The notes: generated from the sequence alone by a model not told the origin. DNA of 63,580 nucleotides, filler included, from Phoronis australis (GCA_002633005.1; 5 parts of 5 records of this genome joined end to end with filler, not necessarily neighbours in it); one strand, 5' to 3'. Shown: positions 1-14,006, counted from the whole stretch's first letter. Numbers and translations: made by a program.

Positions 1-640
1 CAGTCATGCTAGCTGTTTGCTTCTCACAGTTAACCAAGTTAAAGACCATGTGTTTTTGTCTTCAAGATTTTCATTAGACATGATGAATATATACTTTACC
101 AACTTTCGCAGATGTGCTCCACAAATTGTAGATTTTGAAGGCGATTTTGTTTTTAGTATGTACTAAAATTTTTCGAATTTCATTATCGGCTTAAGTGATG
201 TTAGTTTTTTGGCTCTCAAAGGTAATCAAGTTAAGGAACATGTGTTTTTGTTTTAAAGATTTTCATTAGACATGATGAATATATACTTTAGTAACTTTCA
301 CAGATGTGCTCCAAAAATTGTAGATTTTGAAGGCGATTTTGGTTTGAGAATGTAGAAAAATTTGTGCGAATTCCATTATTGGCCGCAGTCAGGCTAGCTT
401 TTTGCTTTTCATAGTTAACCAAGTTAAAGACCATGCGTTTTTATCGTCAAGACCTTGATTAGATATGATGAATATGTATTGTTCCAAGTTTCGTAGATGT
501 GCTATAAAATTGGAAGATTTTGAAATCGATTTTGGTCTAAGTTTGTAGAAAAATTCTAACTGTGACGCCTATGCTAGGTTTTTGGCTTGCATATTTTATC
601 AAGTTATAGAACACCTGTTTTCTTGTAAAATATTTTCTTA
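1..640. repeat. Degenerate tandem repeat, about 192-193 bp unit, about 3 copies (begins before the window)
   Basis: AACCAAGTTAAAGACCATG-like and ATGATGAATATATACTT-like motifs recur at about 192-193 nt spacing (e.g. near 79, 271, 464). Confidence 0.85.
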
Positions 641-2529
641 GTAAATGAAAACTTGTCTGTGCATGTTTCACTGCCAACCAATAAATGTATAGGTAATTTA
701 AACGTTTGATTGTGATTCTTTGATGAATGAACTTAACCTCCACACAGAAAATTGAGGGCATAGTAATTCTTCAACTTCAATTAGGTCACACAACATTTTC
801 AGGTAAGGTTCATTTCGTTTATGGACCTACTTTGTACTATGCTAACATGTGTCACTTAGTAGCCGACATTCAATTTAAAATTGGGCATCGCTAATCGGTG
901 TGTCAACACTTGTAATTCAAGTAACCATCTGGTATCTTCTGTGAAATAAATATTTGCAGAGCTGTTACCCTGAAATTCCAAAATACAACTTAAAAGATAT
1001 ATCATTTTTGTATTGTTTTATTTGTCCTCAGTAAGCGTATTTGCATCAAACTTCAGAAATGGTAATAATGTAACAAAGATTGAACATTATTGAATTATTA
1101 GTACAAAATAAGGCATTTAAGATGTTGTTTTTTGGATCAATGTTATACAAGTTCACGTATATGTGTATCTACCTTATAACGTCCGTTGTCCTTTTAGCTC
1201 ACGCTTGACTGCAAACTTTGCATGGTCAATTTTGATCGTTTTGACAAATAAGACGACATTTTTTTACTTTGAGGTGTCAGTGTTGGATAGATTTTCTCAG
1301 TAAAGAGGACATCTTTTAAAAGCAAGAATGCAAAAACAATTCGCAAAACAGAAAGGCGATGCCTTCTCAAAACCTTGCCGACTATATAAACCAGGTTTGA
1401 AATAAAACGTTAAGACGTGAAATATGGGTAGTTTGAATAAAGCACTTTTAGAATTAAAGAAAAACATGGCCTGATGCAACCAAAATTATATTCTTACACG
1501 ACAAATTGGATGACACGCAAATAAGTTTCATCGAGTGTCCCATGCACCTTTTATAGACCACACACCACTTAGTACTAAATGGCAGTTCAAATAAGTACAC
1601 AAGCTATCCGTTTCTATAGTTCAGTAAACATTAATGTACTGAATTAGACACATTCCATTAAGGATGGATAAAACCATTGTGCAGCAATTTAATTGTATAC
1701 TGCATATATTGTATTGTGAAGGAAAAAGCTGAAAATTATCCTGCAGTGGATGTTGTGCAAACGATTTATCAAATGACAGTTGAAACGGCAGCGTGGCTCT
1801 CGACAAATTATTTACGAACACGTGCTTCATGAAACTCAAAAGGCCCAAGTATAACTTACGGTTCTGTTTAGAGATCAATATAATGTTTGCATTTAAAATT
1901 TTGTATAGATGCATAAAGAGAATGCAACAATTAATGCTTCCACAAGCATGGGATTGGCTGAGAAACAAGTTATTATGCATTCGATTAGGCTAAGTCGAAA
2001 CTCCATTATGGAGAAAAACGTCTTCATTTACTCAAATCAAGGTTAAAACTGCATACTAAGAAGTCTACAGAGGGTAAAATCAGACTTGCAAAAGATATTA
2101 CAATCTCTGTGATATAATGGCTACCCAGATTTGCCGTGTGTTTACGTACAACTGGCACTGGCATTACCTTTTATCTAAGCGATAATTATATTGTACGACG
2201 CCGCGCGTGCACTATGTTGTTGACGAAATGATCACATCATCAACATTGGTTTACGCTTCGTGAGATCATCAGTAGTCCAAATTTTTAATATTGATGTATG
2301 GGCTCTTGAAGTTACGCTTCAAGACACTAAAATTAGAGAAAACATGTAAAATTGGCAGATGAAGAATAGATGGAAAATCACGATCATCTTTAAAGCCCCA
2401 CAGCGCAGTTTCATAGGTCGACCTCAAACTGGAGTAAAACGACTTTGCGCGGGAAAATGGATCACAGAAATAAAATTCAACCCGAACCTGATTCCTAGAC
2501 CAGCTTTGTACACTTGAGCTATTTTATGC

Positions 2530-3041
2530 CCGACTTCGCAGGTGGATCGTTAAAATTTACCGGCTATCAATTCGAACAGGAATACACTGATGAAGAAATA
2601 CTAGAGAGGCGCCGTGAACAAGCTCAGACAACGGAACGTATGGAGTTATTTGGTAAGTCGGGCATTCGTCAGGCACTGTCGACGTCTGCAGGCCACAGAC
2701 ACGGAGATGTTTTACGGCCTCATACTGGCTATTTACAGCGTACATTTCATTATTCACTACCATGAACCACTTCCTAAGCATTTCGGACTCTCTAGAAAGT
2801 AAAAAACGATATACCCGCTTTTCTTGCAGTTGCTTAGTTCGGACAAGCGGGAATGATGCACCGCAACATAGCAGCATTCACTCTCCATATGAACCACTGA
2901 CGTCGCTAGAGTCGATTCTCACCTTCCTCACAGGTTAACGCGACATCTCTTGGCATGGTAAGGTCGACCGTATGCAAGGCAAAGTGGATATTTACCGATT
3001 AAGACGGCAAAAAGACTAATTAAATCGGGTGGCAATCTCCT
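2530..3041 (-). mobile_element. Degenerate non-autonomous Kolobok-like element, family A (THAP remnant on minus, KolX/P2X7-like remnant on plus)
   Basis: Collinear with 49860-50538. Minus strand reads EMLRKWF..NEMYAVNSQYEAVKHLRVC; plus strand reads GYQFEQEYTDEEILERRRE. Right end GGGTGGCAATCTCCT is followed by TTTA. The left end is not matched; a TTAA|AG at 2390-2395 may be a different terminus. Confidence 0.8.
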
Positions 3042-5709
3042 TTTATGTTTTTTTTTAAATTTCCTTTGTTTATACCTAGTATACATGTAGCACTGAATTG
3101 CAAACTTTTGTCACTACGTGCTGGATTTTTTACAAATCTGCATGTATGACCTCCCTGCTACAAAATATCTAGCAATACACGATCACGGTTTACCTGCATC
3201 TAACCTCAAAACGCAGTGATAATGGAGCTGCTTGCAGTTAAGTGTCCAGGCAATTTTTTGCTGGTTGACTACATCAACCAGCATTATTTACTTTTGTTGT
3301 GGATCCACGTGGTGGTTGGGATAGACAAATTCAAATAAAGAAGTCCTTGATTTCGAATTACTGGGTCATTTCCAGTGCACGTGTATGAATTCGTGTTTGG
3401 TTTTACATCAATTTTATGTTGAGAAGAACTTCATTACAATGCACTTGAGTTTGTGCAGGTGGACTGTTTCACCAAACGCCAATTCGTTGTATCATCGTGA
3501 TTATGTGTTTGGAGATAAATTTGCCGTGAACCTGCGATCCACCAAACGAAAACGAAAACTTGACTTATTCTATTTATCATCTCGAACCAAATTAGAGTGG
3601 ATTCCTGGATGCAGACATAACTGGCAATTCCTGACCAATGAGCATTAAGTTGGCTTCGCACAGTATGCTATTTCTGTGTTTCAACTCCTTCGAAGCCCAC
3701 AAACCTCTTTTTTATATCAGTAAAGAAATAAACTGAAAGATGAGATGTAGGGAAAATGTGGTGAACCCAAAATTAGTTTATTGTTGAGGGAACGTTGGTT
3801 ACATAAATGTAGGAGCTTTTATTAACATGTTGTAGTACATTCAACTCTATGTCGAATTTTCAGTATGAAACTAAGAAATGTGGCAATTGATATACATGTA
3901 AATCTGTTTACTTGTATTCACTAATTTTGATCAATGGTAAATTGGTGAACAGGTTGCTGATGCCCAGCTAAATTATGAACCTACCTTGCCATGATAAGCT
4001 TGAACTTCATGTGCTGAAGAAAATATGTCACTGCAATGGTAACCAGGTTTTATGAACTGGTTTACAAGCTTGTTAAGATGTTAAGCCAACTCATAATTAA
4101 ATCAGCCATAAGACAAATCACTGGTGTGAACGGTTGAATATTTCCTTTGTCACACTTTTTTGGATTTTGCAGTTGAAAATCTTAGTTCCCTTAATTACAT
4201 CCATGGCGTGATAAAGCTTAAGTGATGAATATTATAAAGATCGATGTTGTTAGTATAAGCTCGCTGTTAGCACAATTTCCCAAATGATCTGAAGAGAAAT
4301 GGCTAGGTGAGTATAACGCTCCTTTTCCATTGCTGTTCTGCAGATATATTTACAATATTTCTGTGTGTTCAATAACGGAGTTGATCCTCGGTTGTTTTAT
4401 CTAGTTGAAAAGTAGACACACAAATTTGAAATTCGCCAATGAGACTAAAATAGATACCGTTTTTGAATGTTGTGACATCAGACTACCATAAGAGGACTTC
4501 TACTGGGTTAAGCACTAGTTTTAGCAGTTTCACAGTTTAACAAGAACGCTTACTGACAAGTATTTTAGAATTAATGAAACCCGGGGTTTATTACACGAGC
4601 AAAGTAAAAAGAAAAGTTATTTCCGCGGTGTGACAATAATATGCTCTGCACGTGCGTTTTACTGGAATTGGTATATTGACTTCTTTACAACTACCAGCTT
4701 TCCAGCATTATTTAAAACTGAAGAAGGAGTTACATGCACCAAGCAGATAGGTGAATTTAATGTGTCCAACTCAAAATTTCAGTGTGCACTCAATGACCAT
4801 TGAACTATTGTTTATTGCTTAAGAAAGTAGTGTGCACTCTTGCACCAAAGGGCTGAAATGGAAGACAATTCCTTGAAAAATATAGGAAAATAGTATTTTG
4901 AAGAATTGATCCTATCCAGTGCATAATCAGCCCATTTAGTAGAAGTTAGTAAGGGCAGTGTAAAACGTCTTTACTCCTGAGAATCAAAAAAGTTGTCCAA
5001 ATGCTTACGCATCAGCATAAGTTTTGACATGATAGGTCAACATTTCAGAGAAAAATGAACCTAATGACCATATGGTCGCAGCAAATGAACTGACGATTTG
5101 GATGTGGAATTGAATCACATGTACATATCGGATGTGTGAATTTGAAGTTTCTAGCTTAAAGCCTTAGTTTGTAAAATGTGGCCTTTAACCTGTGTAATTT
5201 CATTGGATTTCAAGATTACTCGGAACAATTTTTTCCAAACTGGCTTGTCAACTTACATGTACACCTGAGTTTGAGTAAAAATATTTGAAAATGAAGAAGG
5301 AGTCGCATTTTGAATATCATATTACTCTTGCGCCAAATGACCTCTTCTGGTGCATTATGGAATATGGTTATGTAGCAAAACAAAATATACCCATTGATTT
5401 GTGAATGGTTGAACCACCATGGATACTATAATAATAGTTTTTGGTGACCACTCATTTACTCTAGAGCCTATTTCTGAACGGCAGTTCTGTGATGTGCTTT
5501 CTAAGAAAAAAGCTTGATTAGTTCCTCTTCGCCGCAAATTAAGAGGTTTCTGGCGAGTTGTTCCCTTTAGACCTTGGCTTATTCACCGATATCGTATTCT
5601 TTATGAGGGAGATTTCAGCGCCCATTAATCTTTGGGAAGTATTCCGCACAGAGCTAAATAGTTTCAGTTTCATATTTTTGATCAAGTGTTTCATGCAATT
5701 GAAACTTAC

Positions 5710-5982
5710 CATTTTTACACTGCTCAATTCCGCAGTAGTCCCACGATGGGAATTTGCCGTCAATAAAGCACCAAGGGCCTTTTGGTTTGTTGTCGGGGTT
5801 TCTGCAGACGTTTGACCTCTGCACTTGTATAGGCATGCTGTTAAATCCGATTTCTCCTATTTCTGTCTCATGAAGTCTTCTGAACACATTCGAGTTTGAC
5901 CATGACATGCACCGTTCCCCTTTGGAAGTGGTCGCTTTCGATCCAAAATAGTCCCTCCCAAACAGGTGACTTGTGCATGGTT
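5710..5982 (-). CDS. Kringle exon (kringle 2) of WSC/kringle protein
   Basis: AG/GT-bounded, 273 nt, phase 1-1. Reads PCTSHLFGRDYFGSKATTSKGERCMSW...NVCRNPDNKPKGPWCFIDGKFPSWDYCGIEQC, with all six kringle cysteines. Confidence 0.92.
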
Positions 5983-7429
5983 CTACGGGACATGACGTGT
6001 TGTTAACTTAAAAATGTACTTTAGTCAACAATTCACAATACAAAACACAGCAAATTAATTGTCACATCACTTAATTCCAATGATGTCATCGAGTAATCTA
6101 TGAGACTAGCTAGCAACTATACAGCCGGTACTTGCCACCGTATTGACACAGCGGTGAAAAAATCGATTGTAAAAAAGCACGGCGGAAACATGTCTGACCT
6201 TTGTGGGAGAATCTGCGGAGTTATGAATGACTGATCCCTCAAGAATATTTGGACTTGTCCTTTTTTGACCCAGTGACACCACTTAAACACGTGTAGGCTG
6301 TTTTAGGTTCAAAAGAATGTTGCAGTTGAAAGGGATCCAAGTTTGTTTCCTGAGATGGGAGGGCCTAGAGGGTTAGGTAAGTGATGCTGTTAAACATTTA
6401 CTTGTACAGTGTACTTCTGCGTACACGAGAAACGAAAGTGGAACTTCATACAATTCTAAAATACGTTTCGGAGATGGCGTTTACAAATAGGGCCATCTCA
6501 TTCGATTAGTAACGAATATGCATCCCTTTTCAAGATAACAGTCATCGCTTGCTTGGAATAGTTTGATGTTGTGTAGGGAATTGATTTTTCTCAGTGCATT
6601 ATCAATTATAACCAATAATTGTACTATGCAGTTAAAAATTGGAGTAGCACATTATTATTGTCTTGAGCTAAGAAAAGGTTTCGGATCAATTTAACACAAG
6701 TTGCGATTTTAATGATAAAACGATTTCGTTCAAAGCATCAAAGATCACTGGGTTGTTTTCTTTCTCGTTTTTGCAGGTAGCGCAAGTTAGAATCGAATTG
6801 TTATTAATCATGATTGAAATTGTGTCGTCCAAACGGCTCTGAACCCTTTTCAATCAGCCAGGTCGTATAAAAACTATCCACTAGACTGACGAAGGACTGT
6901 GTAATGAAGAGACGCCATATAACATTTGGCATGACCTCTGCAGCAGTTATTATCCAATCGCATGATCTTCCTTTAAGTTTCTGACTCGTGTTATAGTGTT
7001 GTATATCACCCAACAGCCTTCTAGGTCGAGCCTCATCATTTTGGTGACTGCAGTTATGAAACTAGGACCTTCATTTGGGTCTAACATCCATCTCGGTGTG
7101 TTGGTCAAGGGCGGCCTTAACTAGAAGAGTACTTTCAATACCTGTGGCTTTTTTGCCAATCAATTGTTTCCTTGTGAGGCCTGTACTCTTTGCTAATGGG
7201 ATCTAACTCCTATCACACTGGAAAGAAGCATGCTGTCGTCTGTGCAGATAACGTGTTTCTAGAATCCAGAAGTTATACTTAATTGGTCGACTCGTCTCCT
7301 AATCCCGTCCCTCTCTTGCTGCATGTGCCCGCTTTTAACAAACGTCAGACAATATATAAAACTTCTACGTGGTGATGTGTCATAAAAATTGAGACAACGT
7401 ACTATCTAGAAAGCACATCACGCTACACT

Positions 7430-8940
7430 TTATACAGCCTTTTGTCACGTCGTTATTGGTAAAAATAAGTTTTGTTGATTGTTCCAGAATTTTTCAGTTA
7501 ATTATGGTTTCCCGTTTTTTACTTATTGCTTATGCCCTACTCTTGAAGTGACTTCTTGGATTTTAAATTTCCCGTCATTCTTCTTCCATGATGTCTGACT
7601 ATGTGAGCCATTGAGTAAGTCATTGTTTTACCTCGGTCGTGACAAATTTCACCCTCGTTTACGATTTTTTTGACTTAAGCAACATGGTGCACCTTTTCTG
7701 CATACCCTGATGTACTCATTATCGTCTCACACGCACTTGGGTAGGCCATTGCGTCGCTTTCTAACGCATGACACTCTCCGCCTTACTTGGCTCGTTGACG
7801 TGTGAAAAACGCAATGTTACTCGTCCATGCAACCTATTGTTGTTAAAATTAAATATTCATAATTGCGTTAATAGTTACTGTAATATGTACAAGGTAAAAT
7901 GTTTTGTTAAATGTATTATGTGCGTGTACACCCTCTTGATAAACCAAAACACTTAAATGTTTTTTCGAGCTGGTCCATACTGCAATGCAGTAGAGAACTA
8001 CCATCTACGTGACAAACATTTTCTGCCTTTGGGTTACAAAAGATAAAAATACGCGGACTTGATGAAGGTTCTTGCCAAACAACGGCTGTAAAACGATGCC
8101 ATAGCGTCGCTGTTGAACCCGGTATTGCCTTTAAGCCACCACCGAGAAATGCATTTGTGAATAGAGGAGCGTCGAGAGCTGATGCCTTTTCAGTGACCAA
8201 AAACCCTTCAGGTATTCTCGTACGTGCATCTGAGTGAATCCTCTGAGTGTCCAGCTCCAGGTACTGCACTAGCAGTGATTCGCCCATTGCTAGTGTTGGC
8301 CCTATTCCAGAGCATGCAAATCGACACTGCAGCGACGTTGAGAAGTGGAAGTGAACAGGCCCAGTTCGTCTCCCAGTTAAGAGCTAGAACAGGTCTTCTT
8401 CCATTAAAATTGCCTGTTAGCCATAGATTGATAAGCTTCTTGTGGACTTGATCAAAGTACTGGAGCTATTCAGAAGGGGCCAATTATGCGACGATGGTAT
8501 CACACGTCGGATTGTAAGCTGTTTATGTGTTCAGGTCCCCATCCAGTAGGATTACGTCTCGGGGTACCCGGGCAAGTGGAGCATTTGTTCCACCGTCTGT
8601 GGAATGTCCGAGGCCCATTTTTACCATGTCCAGTGTCATGGCATTCAGTTAAACACCATTCAGTTTAGGAAAACTCGAATGGACATCTGTAAAATTGCCA
8701 ATAAGATCTGTAACAACCTAACTTTTCGTATCGTCGATGGGATGTGGCGACACATATTTTAGGAAACCAGCACGGAAGCAAAGCTGGAACGTATACTCAC
8801 CGTTCGTTCAAACCCAGAATCAAAATGTCAGGAAATTCTGACCCCAAAACGTCACTTCCGAAATAGGGCATGAACAAGTAAGTAAATTAGAGAAGCTGTA
8901 ATTAACTGAAACTTATACTTGGGGTAATCAATGAACGGAA
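7430..8940 (+). mobile_element. Old degenerate Kolobok-like element, family B
   Basis: Blocks are collinear with 32985-34298: GTACTCATTATCGTCTCACACGC near 7712 vs 33277, 8225-8460 vs 33640-33860, and 8843-8937 vs 34160-34255. Termini are eroded; boundaries are approximate. Confidence 0.7.
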
Positions 8941-10060
8941 TTTTAGGTATAAGACTTTCCATGATGTGTTTAAACTTCCAGAGCCATTGTTTCAGAAAAT
9001 CTGCAAACGTTGGCAGAAGCATTTCAAAACTTTTGTGTTTTGGACTAAAATACGAAAGCACTTTCCATTTTCGTAAAACAGTATTAAGTTTAGAAGATGT
9101 GACACCAGCATTCGTTATGTGTAATCAAATAAGGAAATGCTTGACAGGTGCTTCATCTCAAAATCGTTCTTCCAAAAACAAGCTTGCCAAGAAACTAGAT
9201 GTGTCTCAAAACAAAAAGAAGGTAATTTATAAATGCCACGTCATCAAATGATTGGCAGTTCTCGGTAACCTTCTTTAAATGTCCTCAGATATTCACAGCA
9301 AATTTCAAAGCGAATCTTCTTCACTGAAGGTTTGCTTCTGTGGAACATCATTTGTGCTGGAGGCAATTCTTTGAAGGATCCCCAGAACTGGCGTAATTAA
9401 TCTCCCGATAATTTCTTAACACTAACATTAATTTCACTGATACAATTTTGTAGCATTCACCTAAGTTTTCCTTTTAGTTGTTTTGCATAAATTGCGTTCC
9501 GAATAAAGCTATTTTTATTTGAAAACTGATGTAGTAATATATCAGCCAATGGTGTACAACTCGTACACTAACGTTTGTACACTTCAGTAAGTAGTGAAGA
9601 CTACAGACGAAATATCACTATAAATACGATACTGTACTTTGTCACGAAAAACTAGTGAAGATAACAAATAATATCGTCTCGACTGCAATGAAGGCAGGGA
9701 GACTCTCGCCTGGCCCACGTCTCGCTCAAGGCTTGCTCACGGCTTGCACGCTCCTCGTTCACGCCTAATTAACGGTGAGCTTCGGGCACTGTCACGCTTA
9801 CCGTGATTCAAGTCTCATTCTCCGGTTTGTCTCCGGTTATTGTTACGCCTAGCTGGACGAATTGTAATAATTCAGTGACTGTACTGTAGGAACATCTTGC
9901 AAACCGGTGAGTTGCCACTTTTCTCTTGAGCAGACAAAACTGACATATGTTTTAAGTGCGTACACTAGGCTCCATCTACTCCAGACACCTTCGAGCCATG
10001 CTCCATAGATCAGCATTGACTTACTGTTTCTTCTGAAAAACTCCCCTCCTCCTGACTCAC

Positions 10061-10293
10061 TTCCTACACTCCTCACTCTGGATAACGTCCGCTATCTGAG
10101 CACCGAAGTCCCGACCGCAGTCAAAACATGTACATGTATCTACAACAATAACTTTTGATTGAGAGTATGTCGTCTGCACCTTCAACAGCCGGTTTCGCTC
10201 ACCACTTCCGTCCTGTTCATGCCAAAACGCATGCTTGTTGAATTGTTGCACCCTTTGAAGCAGACTCGGTCATTATCCACCTAAGCGTAGCCA
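10061..10293 (-). pseudogene. Probable decayed WSC-like exon of the WSC/kringle gene
   Basis: Strong donor (GTGAGT). The frame VCFKGCNNSTS...SETGC*RC shifts to SKVIVVDTCTCFDC. The cysteine pattern parallels the intact WSC exon at 14007-14291, but with stops and a frameshift. Confidence 0.35.
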
Positions 10294-10541
10294 CCTTGAA
10301 AGCACCATCATAGAAGTGCATTTCTGAAGACGTGTGTACTTTCAGTATGAAATCGTTCTTTAAAGGGAACTTGACAGAAACGCAAGCAGGAGCATTAAGG
10401 CCTTCCAGGCTGTACCTAATATACTAGCAAAGTTATCTTCTATTGCCACTACCGTAACCTAAAAGTATTATATCATAAATAAGATTTCAAAATCAGCATT
10501 CGTGTGCAAGTTGGGGCAAAAATTACCCTATCCATACTCAC

Positions 10542-10562
10542 CGGTTGTTGTTGACTCTATCA
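10542..10562 (-). CDS. 21-nt symmetric micro-exon (VIESTTT), likely a Thr-rich linker between kringles
   Basis: tttttcag|TGATAGAGTCAACAACAACCG|gtgagt; phase 1-1 matches the flanking kringle exons. Confidence 0.6.
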
Positions 10563-10590
10563 CTGAAAAATAGAAATTGTCTATCAAACC

Positions 10591-10901
10591 CAGTGGCGGA
10601 TTTAGGGGGAGGGCAAGGGGGCCATGGCCCCGCTAAAATTCTACCAGATACAATTTGACAGTATGAGTGCGAATTGTTGACTAGCACATGCGCGCAACCA
10701 GGGGGCACAGGGGGTGATTGAACAATGCATAGGCCCTGAACAAACCCCGTTTACCGTTTTTTGATTTGGTAAAAATGTGCGCAAGCCCAAAACGTCAAGA
10801 CCCCTGCATACCTACAGTTTAGTCTGGGCGCGCGCATCTGCCGAAATTCTGGCATTTCCTGTGCCCTGTCCCCCAAATTCAAAATCCTGGATCCGCCCTT
10901 G
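10591..10901. mobile_element. MITE (CAGTGGCGGAT...ATCCGCCCTTG) containing a nested inverted-repeat element (about 10688-10837)
   Basis: Imperfect terminal inverted repeats; internal CATGCGCGCAACCAG / CTGGGCGCGCGCATC pair. No clear TSD. Confidence 0.6.
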
Positions 10902-11196
10902 ACACTAGTTACTGAAAAATATGAACCACGATATCATTAAGCAAAGATGGAAAACCATTGAAAAATATGAGGAACAATGATTGTATATGCACAAACAGCT
11001 TCGGCAATAGTTAACTCACCCATTGCTGCGTAGAACTTCTCCTTTTCAATATGTCTTAATGTCGTAACACAAAAAAGCATTGGAGTTCATTGCTGAGGTT
11101 GTATGATCCAAGGACAGCAAGATTTTAACGTTTCGTAATTTTTAGGTAACTCATAACCTAAAGCACTTATTCGGTTGTTACAAACACAAACATTAC

Positions 11197-11508
11197 CATA
11201 AGTGGGACATATTGGAATGTAACAATATGCCTTTGACCAGCCAGGGGTTCGAGATTTTACAAAGCACCACGGTCCATTGTCGTCGTTATCGATGTTTCTG
11301 CAGTACGCTGTATTTCTATCCTGTGGATTCATCTTGTCGTAGGCGTTGACCCAATTACGAACGAATTCGAAGCTCTGGTAGGACGTTTCTGTCTTGAGTG
11401 ACGCAATAATACGAGACCACTGCATGCACGGTTGTTGGAACAGCGCAGAAACCGCTACCCTCCCTCTGTAGTTTAGGCCGCGTTGGTCTTTCAGACATGT
11501 TACGTCCG
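11197..11508 (-). CDS. Kringle exon (kringle 1) of WSC/kringle protein
   Basis: Phase 1-1, 312 nt. Reads TCLKDQRGLNYRGRVAVS...PCMQW...AYCRNIDNDDNGPWCFVKS..WSKAYCYIPIC. A tandem TAGTAG acceptor allows a start at 11508 or 11511. Confidence 0.92.
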
Positions 11509-11820
11509 CTACTATATCGCCGAAGGAGTAAGCAGATGATTGCATTTCGCCGCACACAACGTGAAGAGACAGTAAAATAGATTTTGAAATTCATTTCTAT
11601 TTTTGAAACGATATACCAGTCTATATAGTTTGGCACGATATTTACAATTATTTTTTCAACAGTTTTCAGGATTCCCACTATTTGAAATAACGCAATTTGA
11701 GTTCTGGTACACCAGCGGTGGATACTCGGGTTGCAATGAGCGGTCGTGGGAGTGCAGCACTGAAAAAGGGGGTATAGCACTCCATCTCTCAAGCTACTTT
11801 GTGGTGCACCGTCCATAGAC

Positions 11821-11891
11821 CATGGGCGGCGCAGCATTGAAAAAACTGTGACTATAACCCCCTTGCAGTTCGCTATGGCGTGCCACCCATG
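11821..11891. mobile_element. About 70-bp MITE with CATGGGCGGCGCA-type TIRs
   Basis: CATGGGCGGCGC...GTGCCACCCATG; the same family occurs twice at 56723-56867. Confidence 0.65.
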
Positions 11892-14006
11892 GCGGTATAT
11901 GGTGGTTCTTGAACAAAATAGGAAGTCACCGAGAAACCCATTACCCTAGAGGGTATTTGTTATGAAGCTACATTTAAGTTGAGAAAAATGCAACCCAAGT
12001 GCTCACCAACAATTTACATGATTCATGTGCTCATCATTCCAAGAACAGTGTGACAGCTAAATTTGGCCCAGAGATGCCTGTACGAAACGTTGTGCCAGTG
12101 CAGGCTAGAGGTTAGTTTGAACAAGTCAGACAAGTCAATCGAATACCAGAATAAAGGTCATCTCTTTCAGCGAATTTTCTTCGCTCATATCCTTTGGAAT
12201 TATTTGAACTGCAAGTGTTTAAGTCTCTCATTTCGCTATGCTTCAAGAAATTGAAAGTTACTCGGCTCGTAAATGGTGTTCATGTCCTCCCAAATACGTA
12301 TTAATTGCTCTAAAAACTCGACAAAGTTGTCAGAAATAGACAGTGGAAGATTAGGACTATTCTACGAATTCTCCTTGTGGCACCTCTGCTGTACTAGCAA
12401 TGTCTGAATTGCGCATGCGTCGCTGCCTCTATATAAACAGTCGGCAAGTAGGTGGAGTTGTTATGAAAGTACGGCGTTTCACTATGACTGATTATAGTTG
12501 TGTCTCCGTGGCAATATCCTTAATAGCTGTTTACAAGTTGCCAAAATACCCAAGGTTACTATAAAGATAGAGAACCGCGGTCAGCATGGTCAACCAACTG
12601 ACGACAAGTGTGTGGACGCCAAAGCCTCATGACCTGCTGTGCTCATCACTTTTCCTGGTAAGTTCTTAGCAAGCACTTTCCATCCACAGCTTTTGGTGGT
12701 ATTATCCCAACCTGTTACCCCCAATGCATAATGAGAGCTTTCAGTTGAATACTTGATTCTGAACCGAATATCTCCCGGGTCCAAGATGATACACCATGGT
12801 TATGTGTGGGGGCGCAACCATTAAAACAGGTGTAAGGGACGTGCCACTCAACCGTGAAGGGGACTTCTTTTACGGGTGTTACTCTTCAACAACATGTTAT
12901 TCATGACAAAATTCTCTTAATGACTGGCCCACCTAATGTTTCAGCGAACACCTTCCACCAGGGCTAACAGATTTGTTACCGAAGTATCACCAATAGATTA
13001 TTCATTAAATTCGTAACATTAAATTGAAATAAAGACACATGGGATGAATTTTACTTGTTTATAGTAGCAGCACCTTGTCATGAAAGGTACACATTTTTAA
13101 AAACTTCCAAGACTGTTCCATAGGTTTTTTGTAACACAAGATTTTAATTTCAGGGGAGTAGGGGGTTTGGATAATTTCCACGTGTGAAGATGAAAACGAA
13201 ATGTCAATTTAATGTTAATTTTTTGTTGAAATAAAAATGTAGTTTTTCGTGTTTTCTTTTATATTTCGCTAATATTTATCCGACATTTAAATTATAGGTA
13301 AGAGAAAACGAATCAAACCATTCGGATTACCATCTAGGTTTACATTAAGTAAAGCAAAGAACAGTCCTTCAGCAATGACCTGGGGGAATCACACACCCTC
13401 ATTTCAGAAATTCATCCCTGTGACATCCAAGATTTTGGACAGGAAGTAGAAATGATTACTCAGGTTCGATCAACATAAAATGTTCTATTTTCCTTCTGTG
13501 AATGAGGTCAAGTCTGTAGTGTCAAAGAGTGTACTAAGAACATTTCAATGAAAAAAGAATGTGATTTCAATTACTCATTTAAGTGAAAACAAAATTTAGC
13601 ATATCACTCAATTCACCAATTACATCATATACAATATTATTACACAGGAAATGTTGGGTTATGTTTTCACATTGGCATGTTATGTTCCATGTGAGGAAAG
13701 GGCCCCTGAAGATGACTACAGTGGTCAACCAAAAGGTGAAACTATTACGTACGAGGTCATATATCATCGTCAATTGAACACAAAGTATTGCTAACACAAG
13801 GCCCGAAGTCGAAACTACTTGACGGTTTCAAAAGCTCTAAATTTTTTTTTAATTTCCTGCGCAAATCAACCAATATATCAAATGCTTGATGTTGCGGCAT
13901 GTCACCTGAGAATCGGTGGTTCCTAGCACTGATAATGTTATACCAGGCATTGGATGATTTCAGCCTCTTTATTGTTTAAAATTTAATGCATTTAAAGGAA
14001 ACCAAC

